Positions 26,551-45,142 of a stretch of DNA of 64,000 nucleotides are shown here, one piece after another. The notes under the pieces are model-generated. The model did no database searches, was not told the origin of the DNA, and saw only the letters and a program-made list of their open reading frames with translations. Origin of the DNA: the human T2T-CHM13v2.0 reference genome, Homo sapiens; the NCBI RefSeq assembly GCF_009914755.1, contig NC_060926.1; one strand, given 5' to 3'. How positions within the stretch are numbered: the first letter of the stretch is position 1; each line of letters starts with the position of its first letter. A program made the position numbers and the translations under genes.

Positions 26551-27728
26551 AGTCTTTGTGTACCCTGTCCAACACCTCCCCCCGCCAGCGCGGAAGGCCG
26601 GGCTACCTGCGCGCCTGGCAGCGCCTGGCAGCCGGCTGGGTGGGGCGCAGGGGAGCGCAGCATCCTCCCCGGCTCGCTAGCTCCCTTTGTTCATCTCGCT
26701 CAACCAGGCTCCGCACTGCCGCCTGGCCCTCGCTCCCAGAGCTTCTCTAAGGATATGGGATGGACTTGGGAGCGGGCCACCTTTCATTTGGGAAGGGTAG
26801 CTCGCCAAGTCCGGTGACGGTGCTCCCTGGAGACCCCCACCTGCCCGCCCCTCCACACTGCCGGTCCCCAACCCCAAGAGGGACGGAAAGTTCTTGGGGT
26901 AGAAGCCGGCGGGACAAGTGGTTGAAGCAGCCTCCGGAGCCAGTGGGCGGCTGCGAGCTGGGCAGCTGGAGCCTGCGGGCGGGGCCGCGGGGAGGTGCCC
27001 ATCGAGTGTCGGTCTGGTCGCGTGCGGAATGTCCACTTGTCACCGCGGCCCTTGCGTTTTCTCGAGACGGCGGCAGCTGGTCCTAGGACCCCAAACCGCG
27101 CCGCCCTTTGTTTGCTGGTAAATACTCTCCTGTGAACTTCAGCGTGTCTCTCCGCGCGCACTCCTGGCATTGGGTGCCCCACCCCGCTGGTTCTCTCGCG
27201 GACCCAAAGAGCTGTTCAGGTGTAGGGGAATCCCAGGTAGATGGATAATATTGCTAAGGTTGGGCCCATCTCAGGGGGACTGGTTAGTCACCCCTCACCC
27301 CACCCCACACCCTCAGTCGCTAGAAGGACACACGTTTTGGAGACAGAGATCTGCCATTAAATGTATTATTTAAAAATCCGCAAATACTTTTATTCAAGTA
27401 ATTTAGACTTTTTTTTAGGGGGGAAAAAGCAATTAACTGGCTACCCAATTCATTCAGCATTCATTAGTGCCTACCTTAGCCTGGAACTCTGAGCTAGACA
27501 GTGGGCGCCCAGAACTCCCTCAAAGAGTTTACAGAAATGTAAAACAGCACGGGAATTAAACTAAAATCGAGTGGGTATAATGCACTGTGTTCAAACAAAA
27601 GTGTGGGCCGAAAACGCTTACTCAGTATTTCCCCAATTGTATTAATTATGTCTGACACATGGAATTCTGCGGAACTGCCTGAATGAACAATGTGTTACAC
27701 AGATATTTTTTAAAAAAAGAAAAATTAT

Positions 27729-28050
<322 letters not shown>

Positions 28051-28131
28051 AAAATTATATTTTATAAATGTGAAATACATACAGTGTGGTTAAAAGTGAC
28101 CAAAACAAAACAGAAACAAACAACCTGATAG

Positions 28132-28675
<544 letters not shown>

Positions 28676-30829
28676 TTAATAAATGACAGTGGCCATTATT
28701 AAAACACTTTACCTTGAAACAGAAAAAATTGTACACTTTTTATAGTGTATATATATCTTATACACTTACTATCCTTTCTGCGTAAATACTGCCAAAGTTG
28801 ATATCTTAAAGAAATTTTAATGAGTTAAATAAAAGTGTCCAAATAACAGTCAACTTTATAGAAGTAGAAAAACTACCATCTTAAGGCAAATATGCAAATT
28901 ACTGTTGTAAAACTTTAAGTGGATTGAGTTCATTACTTATGATCAAGGTAGTAAATACACAGTCACTAAACCGACTTAAATCTATTGCTTCCCAAAGGAA
29001 CCACAAAGCCAGTTTATATACAGGAAGCTATATGCTGATGATTGCTTCTGTCAAAGTGTAATGGTAAATAAAATATTTTGGCACCCTTTAGTTTAATTAC
29101 TCAGAGACACAAGGAGCAGATTATTTAATTATTTTATTGGTCTGTAGATTCATGAGGAATTCCTGAGTACCTCTGGCACTATAATATTATTTTCCTTACA
29201 AAATCATCAATAACAACAAAGCACAATAAACTTATTCCTACAGATAGGCAGCATTCAGAAATCCACTTGCTGTTATCCATTTGCTCATAATAATATGAAT
29301 TTCCTTTCTTTCTTTTTTTAAATTCAGGGTTCCTCAATTCTCCTTTTCTCACCCTGTGTTAACTAACCAGCTGAGCTTTCACAGGGACAATTCCTTCCTG
29401 TTTCAGGAACTTGAAGCACATCATGAACAATCAACCAAATCAGGAAGCTCAGTTACTCAGCTGAGAAGCATTCAGGTGGGACAGGGATGAAGAATAAATA
29501 TCTTCTAACTCCACCATTGGTGAATCTGGGCTATTTTATTTCTCTTACCTATTGTTCATATAAATATATTTTTCTCCCATTCATTATGCCACTCAAATTT
29601 CACAATAAAACTATAGATTATTTTACAGATGGGAAAACTCACCGATAGAAACTTTCAGGACCACTTTCTCTAAACAAGTTGCCTTCGTTTTCTGATTTAC
29701 CTGAGATTTTCCATCTGTAGCATTGCAAAAACACATTGATTTCTTCCCTTGCTTGAGAAATTAGTACCTCAGAAAGGAAAATCTATATCTGGGCTCCTCC
29801 TATTTAATCAGTGAAACGAATTTTCATGTGGCCGATCAGTATTTAAAAAAAAAAGAATTTCAGATTCTTGCTTTTTGGAACCCATTATCCACTGACAAGA
29901 TCAGGTAGAAACATTTGTTTCCTAGCCAACCCATAGATTTTTTTAAAAAAGTAGTTCCCTTTGTCTTTGGAAATGTTCATAAGGAAATAGACCACCATTA
30001 GAAAAAAAATGCTTCAGGTATTTGCATATGTATAGGAGACAAAATCCTCGGCCAGCAGGAGCTTCTTCTACCTTTCTGTCAGTGTTTTCAGGTGGAGAGA
30101 AAAACATTATTTTTTAGCATCAGATATAGGAATGATGCCATTTTCAGTATCTGCAGTAGGAACAATAAAACCAAAATGCAACTGGTTACCCTTAGGCTTG
30201 CTGACACCCGCGCTAGTCTGTGGGCTGCCGTCCAGGAAATAGAGGCTGGCCTCAGAGGCGGGGTCCTGGGGCCACAACCTGACCTCAGCTGGCAATGAGC
30301 TGTACCAGACAGAGCAATAGAAAAACATGTCAGTATGTGAAAGAAACTATCCTTTCCTAAACTTCTCCTTGCAGCCCACTATCCAATATTAAAAAGACAG
30401 AACTGAAAGTTGGATCTCTGGGTTTTAGTCCTGACTTTGTCCCTTTAGTGATGTTATTTGAACTTTCTGAGTCCAAAGAACCTCATCAGCAATAGAGACA
30501 AACATCATCAGGTAGCTGCACACAAGAATCTGAGTTCATATCCAAGCTTACAGACATTCACCAAACCACAGCACTTCACAGTTTATGTAAAGACTTTTCT
30601 ATCCATTATCTCATTGGATTTCTCCAGACTCTGAATGATGAAGTGCAGAGATGAGGGAATTAAGGATAAGGGTGTATAGGCCAGATAGAGGTAGCCTTGC
30701 CACTTCTTAATTCTATGGTAATAATAATTACATCTAATCATTAATATTTTAAGGTCTATATTCTAAATCCTTTGTAAGCATTAACTCATTTAATCCTCAT
30801 AACAGGTTTTATTTTAATTTCTTTCACAT

Positions 30830-31770
30830 TTAACTTTTTATTTTGAAATACTTTCTGATTTACAGAAAAACTAGATAAATAATACCAATTGTCCATATTT
30901 CCCAAATATCACCACTTTACTGTGTTTGCTTTATCATTCCTCAACTGTTTTATGTTTCCTCCTGAACTGTCAGAAAGCAAGTAACATACAACATACCCCT
31001 TTAACCCTAAATACTTCATTTTGTGTTTCCTAAGAACCGGAACATTGTCTTATGTAACAAGAGTGCAGTTATCATAATTAAGGAAATAGCATAATTAGGG
31101 AAATAGATAATACTACTATTATCTAATCTCAGAGTTTATTAAAATTTCACCAATTATCCAACTAATGTCCTTTAAGCAAAAAACAAAGAAGAAACCCCAC
31201 ATTCCATTCAGGATCCAATCCAGAATCATGTGTTCTAGTTAGCTGTCATGTTTCTTTAGCCTATTTAATCTGAAACAGTTCCTCTGTGTACTGGTTACAT
31301 GATATTAACATTTTTGCAGAATTCAAACTATTTGTTTTGTTAAATGTTCCTCAGTTTGGGCTCATCTGTTGTTTCCCCCATGATCAGAGTTAGATTAAAT
31401 TTAGGTTATGCTTTTTGTCCTGTATCTTTATCTTTTTCACCAGGAAGGCTACAGAGTGTTACGTTCCTCTCAGTGCATGCTTTGCAAAAGGCCCATTATG
31501 TTTATTTGTTCCAGGCCTGGGTGAGGTTAACTGGTTACTTGGTTAAGGTGGTACCTACCAGTTTTCCCCACTGTGAAGTTATTAGTCATTCCTTTCAAAT
31601 TAAAAGGTAATGTATGTGGACATACTTGGAGGCTGTCTCAAAGAGGAACAGAAGGTGAGGAACAGTCACTGCTAGTTTTAGCCACCATTTATGGTTCCAC
31701 CTGCAACGCTGGTGATTTTCTACTTTCATTGCTCCTTTGCACTTTGTGGTTAGTGTTTTGCAATAAAAAG
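30830..31770 (-). mobile_element. Old L1 (L1MC4/5-like) 3' region
   Basis: actttttattttgaaata...tttacagaaaa...cccctttaaccctaaatacttca...caggatccaatccagaatca. Confidence 0.7.
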
Positions 31771-31775
31771 GAGTG

Positions 31776-32486
<711 letters not shown>

Positions 32487-33173
32487 AGGCAGAAGGGAGA
32501 CAAATCAGAAAGTTACCAGAAGGACACCTAACTCCACTCCAAGACCTTGAGGAGGCTTTGAAGATGGACTGAAGAGTAGTCAAGAATTTTCCATTTTAAA
32601 AATAGTGCTAAGAGAACAAACAGCTCATATGTGATGTTTCTTTGATTACCTTTTCAAAGATCTCTCCCTAACAAGCTAGCAATATAATTAATTAAAACCC
32701 ACCTCAACTGCTGGGTAATTTTCCCTTGATTAGCCCTGCAATTTGTTATACATCTCTCACAAAACCCTAATCACTCTAAGGTGGAGCAGCCTGTACTGAC
32801 GCACAATTGCAGCAGAGTTGAAAACACCATTCCATTTCAGAAGTCTAAATCCTACAGCAATTTAATTTTTTTTCAGTCAATGATAGAACTGGTATAAAAT
32901 AGCTTTAGTTATAGAAACTAATGGAAAATAATGACGCTAATATAAGAGATATCAGAAGCATGAATACAAAGTAGAAACTTTGGACTAATTTTTTTTTCAA
33001 AAACCTTACACAGTTTTTTAAAAGTAGTACTAGATTGCCTCATATTTCTCTTGTTCAGCTCAAGTTATTCCCCCCAGTATATTTCTAGGTCTCCAACACA
33101 GCTTAAAATCAATACATGCTTCCCAAGAGTATTCTTACATGATTGGGTTGATCATAAGTTATATATTAAATAG

Positions 33174-33505
<332 letters not shown>

Positions 33506-33794
33506 TAGATATCCATAAATTTCTTAATTCAAAAAATAAACAAAACTGAAAAAAATACCAAAGTAAACTGCATTACATTACATGCAAGAAATAATTTTTA
33601 AATTTTTGAGTGACTTGGCTAGGGGAACTAATTATCTTGTGACATGTAGAAATATGAGAGGGAAAGAATCAATTTCTTCTACCCTTTCAGTTCAGCTTAA
33701 CTTATGGTGGCAGTATTGATGAGACATAATGAATAATTTGTTCTGAAAAGGTTAGCACTTTTTAAAATGTGCCCTTTTTTTCTAGTTTACATGC

Positions 33795-34195
33795 TGATAT
33801 AGTTTGGATGTTGTCCCCTCTGAATCTCATGTTGAAATTTAATCCTCAGTGGTAGAGGTGGGGCCTGGTGGGAAGTTTTTGGGTCATGGGGACAGATACC
33901 TCTTGTTGAGTGCTGTCTTCTGATAGTGAGTGAATTCTCAAGAGATCTGGTTGTTTAGAAGTGTGCGGCATCTTCCCCAACTCTCTCTCGTGCTCCTGGT
34001 CTGGCCGTGTGATGCACCCACCCTGCTTAACCTTCTCTCATGAGTAAAAGCTCCCTGAAGCTTCCCCAGAAGCTGAGCAGATGCTGACGCCAGGCTTCTA
34101 CAGCCTGCAGAATCGCAAGCCAGTAAACCTCTTTTGTTTATAAATTGCCCAGCCTCAGGCATTTATTTATAGCAATGCAAGGATGGTCTGACACA
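33795..34195 (+). mobile_element. MaLR solo LTR (MSTB-like)
   Basis: tgatatagtttggatg...atctcatgttgaaatttaatcc...ttataaattgcccagcctcagg...tttatagcaatgcaa. Confidence 0.88.
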
Positions 34196-34439
34196 CGTGG
34201 GTGGTGGAGGATGCTCCGGATGCTCCTATCTATGAGTCATTGAGAGATGATAAGAGGAAAAATACATATAAGTTCATGATTTTCCTACTGTTGAGAATGG
34301 TAACGTCCATGGAAGAATGCTCTAGAAGGCACAGTCCAAAGATGTCAGCATGGGCTGGCCACATGCAGGCAGGTTCTTGGGGCCACAGGCCTCTATGTGT
34401 GGCCAGGGGCTCTGGGGGTGCTCAAGGCCCTGTCCAAAG

Positions 34440-35779
<1,340 letters not shown>

Positions 35780-36745
35780 TTAAGGCAGTAAATACTTTTA
35801 AAGTGTAATTACATATATTCTTTGACATCTCTTTCCCTGCTTGAATCAATAATAGCGAGGATGTCATCTGTTGTGTTCTGTGTTCTGTAAATATTTGTTA
35901 GGCGAATGCCGAATGATCAGTGCTAGCTCTGCCTCTTCACCTGACATTCATGAGGTAGCTTCCATCTAAGTACACTGTCCTCTTGCTTGTAAAAACTGGC
36001 TGCCCTTACTTTAGTTTCTTTCCCTCAACCTACCCTGCAAATGGAGGCTTCCCTCAGCAGGGATGCTCAGCTCCTCAGCGGGGCAGCAGGATACCAGCCT
36101 GCTCCTGAGATGATGTCTCCCTGTCTGTTGGGGGGGGGCACCTGCTGACCTCTTCTGAAGGCCAGATCAAGAGTGTGTCTGCCCACTGGGTACCTAGAAC
36201 TCCTCAGGCTTTGACTGTGGCCAAACTCATTACCCAAGCCCACACTCACGCCAACCTCCTTCTCCCCTAGTAAGCCCTGTCTCTGTGTTTAATGGGCAGT
36301 GTTTGCAATCCAGAAGGAAGGCCGGTGTTAACTGTTACCCATGTGTGCTCATTATAGAAAAGTTGCATGGGTACCTTTACCAATGGGCATAGGTTTGACT
36401 TAATAAGGCTTGACTTGAAAACAAAATCTGAAAATAGCCTGGAATGTATAGGAATGGGCCCCTGAAACTAAAATTAACAATATTCCATGTCTTCAGCATG
36501 GAATATGGTTTGGCATTGATAGAAAATGAAACAGTGATGGACATCAGCAATGATGTTAGAGATCAGCTAACATGCAGACTAAACTGAGTTTTAATTTATC
36601 CACAGCTCACAGGAGTGAAAAGAATACAAAAGGCAGGTCAGGATGTAGCTTAGCTAATAGCATCATCTTCCACCTAGGTGCCCAATCTAAGAAGCCAGGA
36701 GTCAGAGGATATGTATACATCACTTTATTTCTAATAGCTAACTAA

Positions 36746-37107
<362 letters not shown>

Positions 37108-37257
37108 TGAAAAGAATATTTTCCTAATGCTTTGGGTAAGTTTCTTATTCAACTTGCACTAAAATTATTATATGGGCCAGTCTCCCTAACTATAATTTCT
37201 CCTCAATTCAATCCACCCCTCATGGCCACCATATTATGCTCCTAAAACATAAAAATA

Positions 37258-37260
<3 letters not shown>

Positions 37261-37303
<43 letters not shown>
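37261..37303. repeat. (CA)21 microsatellite
   Basis: Directly visible. Confidence 0.97.
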
Positions 37304-37306
<3 letters not shown>

Positions 37307-37548
37307 TTTATCTATCTCTATGCATAGAAATATCTATGTATAAGCTTATCTATGTACAGATTTACCAATCCACTCTCTCCTCTTTAAAACTTTCTTTGAA
37401 TCTGTGAGCTTCAGAACAAAAACTAAACACTTTCAAGATGGTATTCATTTGCTAGTTCAAAATTCATTTTCCAGCCACATTTTTGCCATTTCTTATAATT
37501 TTTCCATATTGGAAAAATAACCGTATTGGTTATCTCTTAAACAGAATA

Positions 37549-38508
37549 CAATTGATCCTTGACCGCTGCAGGCATTATGGTGCTGAAACCCTGTGCAGTT
37601 GAAAATCCACATATAACTTTTAACTCCCCTAAAACTTAACTACTAATGGCTTCCTATGGACTGGATGCCTCACCGATAATATAAGCTGTTAACTAACTCA
37701 TATTTTATATGTTATATGCATTATGAACAGTACTATAATAAGCAAGCTACAGAAAAGAAAATGTTATGAAGAAAGTCATGAAAAAGAGAAAATGTATTTA
37801 CTATTGATTAAGTGGAAGTGGATCATCCTAACAGTCTTCATCCTCGGCATCCTCACGATGAGTAGGCTGAGGAGGAGGAAGAGAAGGTATTGGTCTTTCT
37901 GTCTCAGGAACAGTGGAGGCGGAGGAGTTGGAGGAGGCAAGTGGAAGGGGAGGCAGGAGAGGCAAGCACACTCCACTTGTAACTTTTTCAAAAAAATTTT
38001 AAAGTTCTGGGGTACATGTGCAGGATGTGCAGGTTTGTTACACAGGTAAATGTGTGCCATGGTGGTTTGCTGCATCTATCAACCCATCATCTAGGTATTG
38101 AAGCCAGCATGCATTAGCTCTTTTCTCTAATGCCCTCCCTTGAAAGGCCCCTGGGAGTGTTGTTCCCCTCCCTGTGTCCATGTGTTTTCATTGTTCAGCT
38201 CCCACTTTATAAATGAGAAGATGCGGTGTTTGGTTTTCTGTTCCTGTCTTAGTTTGCTGAGAATAATGGCCTCCAGCCTCATCCACGTCCCTGCAAAGAT
38301 GCATGCATGTGTATGTTCATTGCAGCACTATTCACAATAGCAAAGACATGGAATCGACCCAAATGCCCATCAGTGATAGACTGGATAATGAAAATGTTGT
38401 ACATACACACCATGGAATACAATGCAGCCACTTGTAACTTTTATTGAAAAAAATTCATGTATACGTGGACCCGTGCATTTCAAATCTATGTTGTTCATTG
38501 GCCAACGG
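37549..38508. mobile_element. Tigger2a-like element, interrupted by an L1
   Basis: caattgatccttga...gaaaatccacatataactttt...aagtggaagtggatcatc...gtggacccgtgcatttcaaa...gttgttca. Confidence 0.85.
37988..38427 (-). mobile_element. 5'-truncated and inverted L1PA (about L1PA7/8-type 3' end)
   Basis: 3' UTR on the minus strand at 37988-38298, adjacent upstream L1 segment on the plus strand at 38295-38430; TSD ccacttgtaactttt. Confidence 0.88.
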
Positions 38509-38550
38509 CGTTTAATTTCACTCTGGCTTTATACATTCTTTAATTAGACC

Positions 38551-39703
38551 CACAGTTCCCAAACAGTGTGCTGAGGTGCCCAGGAAGTCACAGCAAATTT
38601 ACTAAGATTCTGCAGGATAGTTTACATTTCCATGGGAAACACAGAATACGCAATTTTCCTGTGGGATAATGTAACTTGCCAGTCTCATCATTAGAGCATG
38701 CAATATTTGTATTAATGATGTTATATCTTCTTGAAATTGTGTTTCCAGTGATTGCTCTTATTAAACATATGTAAAAAGCACAGTGGAACCAGAAATGAAG
38801 GTGGCAGTTCTCAATATGATTCTGCATTTGAGAACGTGTGTAGCACTCAGCAAGAACACACATTCTTAAGCAATTTGGGATATTTAAGATGAAGTGAAGG
38901 CATGTTTTTTCCTTCAATTTATATGTACTGTTTTTCAAATAACTACAATTAATTCTCATTATCTGCAGTAGTTATGTTCCATAAAGTCACCCCAGACAGT
39001 GAATTAGCAAATACTGAACTATTATTCCTAAGGGAAATACAGGAGTGGTTCCTGCAAGCTTCTGACCACAACAGTTTCATCAGCCAACCAATACATAACC
39101 TTGCTTTATGTGAGCTTCTGTTTAAAAACACCTTGTTTTATTTATAGTGGATTTATTAATATAGAACTTTTGGCCAACAGCACAGTAATGTAACTCCTGC
39201 CTGAACAAAGAATATCTAACAAATATATGTTCTCTGTAAGTTACATCACAGCCTTCCTGAGCTTAGGGACACTAGAAAGCACTCCAATACTATGTTTTGG
39301 TTCATTTTAAACAGCAAATTCACTAACATAAAGCACAAAAAAATGAGAGAAATGTGGCACCAAACCACAGAAAGGACATTCACTTCAACAGGAAGACAGA
39401 GCAACGTGTTGTCACCTCTGCTGGGAACATGTGGCTCAAGTGACTCAAAATGTTCACCATCTTGTGCATGTCCCTGAGTGACTTGAAAAAGCACTGTGAG
39501 GCTTGGTCTTGGGGTTACCAACACGTAGCAAGTAGGCAAACAATGAGGATCCTCTGTAAGTTGTCAAAACAGATACTTTTTAAATTGTGCGAACTTAACT
39601 AATGATTAAATGGAGCTATGCTATTAGACATTTCTTTTGGCTTAGATGCACCTTGAAGCATTTCTGAGACGCTAGAGGTCATGGTAAACTAAGTTTGAGG
39701 AAC
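38551..39703. mobile_element. Old hAT-Charlie-like element hosting MER82
   Basis: cagttcccaaac start and aagtttgaggaac end resemble Charlie termini. Confidence 0.45.
38946..39556 (+). mobile_element. MER82 (Tigger family)
   Basis: ttctcattatctgcagtagttatgttccataaagtc...tgaattagcaaatactgaac; TA on both flanks. Confidence 0.82.
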
Positions 39704-40259
39704 TTTCATTTAAACCTGTCTCCTCCCCAAGTTATGTATATCTCAGTTTTCTTTCCCAACCCAATGGAGCTATCCCTTCTTGACATTGGCCACTTCCCCT
39801 TTTGGCTTCCGTACCGTAACAGCTGCCTCTATCATGAGACTGGTAACTCTCTGAAATCCAAGCAAGTATTTCCTTGTTTGCCCACCTTTCTTGCTCCCCA
39901 CTAGGTCACAATGTCCTAGCATCATCAACCCTAACAAGTGGAATTTTGCAAGCTCGTTTTCTGGTTCCTTATCGCTAGACACTTTGCATTGTCTCAGTCT
40001 TGCCCATTTTATTTCCAGGATTCCTGAATTTGGAGGAAGGAGGGAAGGGTAGGATCTCATTTGTGTTCGAAAAGCTTTCATGTGCTTCAGTCCTTGCTGA
40101 GCATTGTTTGCCCTTCAAGCCGTCGGTGTCTCCTTTGCGTCCTGGGGTTGGCACCACGGTTTGAGAGTGCTGCTTGCTGTTGTCTCAGTACACCAAAGGT
40201 GCTCCAAGCAGCATCCTCACCTATGGACTTCATCCGTCTTCCAAAAGTACACCATTTTT

Positions 40260-42305
<2,046 letters not shown>

Positions 42306-42329
42306 AAGAATGCATGTCCTTTGAGCATT

Positions 42330-44880
42330 GCTGGATCATTTTACATTCCCACCAACAATGTATGATTGATCCATTTTCTCTGTATCCTTGCCAGCATTTG
42401 GTATTGTCCCCATTTTTAATTTTAGTTGCTCTGGTACATGTGTTCAGATATATCATCATGGTCGTAATTTACATTTTCCTAATGGTTACTTACGTTGAAC
42501 ATCTGCTCATGTGAGTATTTGCCATTCATATATCTCTTCATGTTGTTAGACATTTTTTAATTGGATTATGTTTTTAATGTCGATTTCTGAGAGTTTTTTT
42601 ATACAGTATAGATTAGACTTTTGTTAAATATGAAATTTACAAATATTACTTTGTCTTTTCATTTTAACAGGGTCTTTTGCAGAGCAAAAGTTTGAAATAT
42701 TGTTGTAGTCCACTGTGTCAATATTTTTCTGTTATAAATTATGTTTTTAGTGTTATATCTTAGAACTATTCACCAAGACCCAGGTCCCAAAGATGTTATC
42801 TACTGTCTTCTAAAAAGTTTAATTGTTTTATGTTTACCATTTAAATCTACATTGAGTCAGGTTTGAGGCTTAGGTCTAGGTTCAGCTTTTGCCAATAGAT
42901 AGCCAATCGCTCTAGCACCGATTGTTAGAAAGACTAGCCTTCCTTCATATAAATGCGTTTATGCCTTTGTTATTAGTTGGTCATAATTGCATAGAGCTAT
43001 TTGTAGGTCTTTAATCTGAACCATGGATCTCTGTGTCATTACTACCCCAGTCCTACACAGTCTTGATTACTGTAGCTTTCTAAGTTTTAAAATTGGGTTA
43101 AATGATTCCTCCCACTTTATTTTCAGAATTGTTTTAGTTATTTTATCTAGTTTCTTTGTCTTTCCACATAAGTTTTAAAATAATGGTGTCTATATCTACA
43201 GAAATTATTCCTGGGATTTTGATAGGAATTTTGTTAAATGCATTTGTCAATTTGGAGGAAATTGACTTCTTGACTCTATTGAGTCTTCTAATCCATAAAT
43301 TTGGTATGCCTCTCCATTTATTATCTGCTTTGATTTCTTTCATCAGTATTTTGTAGTTTTCAGCATACAACTCCTGTACAGGTTTTAGATTTATTTCTAA
43401 GAATTTAATCCGCATGTTCATTGCTAATATATAAACATACAATGTATGCCTGTATGTCAATCTTGTATCGTGCAAACTCATTGAGTTCACTTATTAGTTC
43501 TACGAGTTTCTTTGTAGATTATTTTGGGTATTTTCTACATAGACTATCATGAAAGTTGTAAATATGGGCAGTATTATTTCTTCTTTATAATCTGTTTATC
43601 TTTTATTTCCTTTTTTGTCTTGTTGCTCTGTCTAGAACTTCTAGTAGTATGTTGAATAGCAGTGTTAATAGTGGAAATCCATGCCTTTTCCTGGTGGTAA
43701 GGGCAAAGAATGGACTCTTTCACCACTATGTATGATATTAGCTGTAGGTTTTTAGAAATGTTCTTTATGAAGTTGAGGAAGTTATTCTTTATTCATTGCT
43801 TTCTGTATTGTCAGTATTTGTTATTAATGAGTGTTATATTTGACTGTCAATTCTGTATCAATTGATATGATCACGTGATTTTGCTTCTTTAACCTGTTAA
43901 TATAGTGGATTACATTGATTGCTTTTTGCATATTGAACCAGTCTTGCATCTCTAGAATAAACCCTACTTGGTCATGACATAAAGGCCTACCTTGTCTTTA
44001 TAATATCGACACTTCTATTTGCTAATATTATATTAAGAATTGTCACATCTATATTATTAAGGGATATTGGACTGTGGTTTTGTTTGTTTTGTTTCGTATT
44101 TAGGTCTTTAACCTGAATCAAAAGAGAAGCGATTCCTTCTCTTTTTTTTTTTTTTTTTTGGAATATGTTGTGTAGAATGGTGTTAATTCTTTTTAAAACA
44201 TCTGTTAGAATTCTCCATTCCCCTTTGAGCCTGGAGATTTTAATTGAATAAAAATTACAAATTCAATTCCTTTATAGTTGTAGGGCAATTCACATCTACT
44301 GTTTCACATTGAGTGGGTTGTGATAGTTTGTATTTTTTGAGAAATAGGTTCATTTCATCTCAGTTGTCAAAATTATATGTGTAGACCTCTCCATAGTATT
44401 GTATTTTTTAGTTCTAAACATTTTTTTCTGGCTCTTCTTTATATCTTCAAATCTTTTCTGAGATTTTTCCATATTAAAAATTTGTTTTAAGTCTTTTTAT
44501 AATTGGCCATTGAAGCATTTTTATCATGGCTTCTTTGAATCCTTGTCAGATATTTCTCACATTGATTTCATCTTCGTGTTGGTGTCTATTGCCTTTTCTC
44601 ATTTAGTTTGAGATCTTCTTAGTGTTTTGTATGACAAGAGATTTTTTTATTGAAACTTGAGAGTTTTGACTAATATAAGATTCAGGATCTTATTTAAATT
44701 CTGTGTTTCAGAAGGGCCCATCTAACACCATTCCATTGGGGAAAAGTGACTGACAGTTGGTTACTCTCAAGGTGGTGGAGAAAGCCCCAGTTCTTCATTT
44801 GGCTCTGTTGATAGCTGGGGTCAGGGTCAGACTCCCTGGTGTTGTTGGGTAGGGAGAAAGTTTAGGTATTCACCTAGTCC
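42330..44880 (-). mobile_element. Old L1M (MC/MD-type) ORF2 and 5' remnants
   Basis: Degenerate ORF2 peptides (for example 43143..43490 LYAENYKILMKEIK...IPIKIP). Confidence 0.78.
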
Positions 44881-45142
44881 CCCCGACCCCCCCATACCGC
44901 CTTGGTACCCTGGCATATTATCCTTTCTAGGTATATTAAAAATGATAGATCTGAAAGTATTTATCTGTCAACAATTAATCGTAAGGCAAGAAGGAAAATA
45001 TGAATTTAGACCAGATAACTATTCTGGCTGACGCTTTTTTGAAATAATGAGAGCGCACTTCAACAGAGAAGGCTTTGGAAATGCAAAGCCAGAAGTCATT
45101 TAGGCAGAAGAGAGGTTCTTCCTACAGACAACTTTTCCAACC

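Larger units (their letters stand above)
25330..27205. promoter_or_regulatory. CpG island / gene promoter (inferred minus-strand gene)
   Basis: Very high GC and CpG density over about 1.9 kb in non-repeat DNA; GC boxes at 26092-26100 and 26977-26985; ETS motif CGGAAGTG at 26543-26550. Confidence 0.93.

Noticed and set aside
26545-26553. GAA|GTGAGT as a plus-strand donor for an antisense transcript
   Set aside because: Equally explained by the ETS/AP-1-like motif; no acceptor or transcript evidence.
25519-27182. Long overlapping ORFs (up to 262 aa) in the CpG island
   Set aside because: Low-complexity Pro/Arg/Ala/Gly translations in several frames on both strands; expected from stop-codon scarcity in GC-rich DNA; no recognisable domain.
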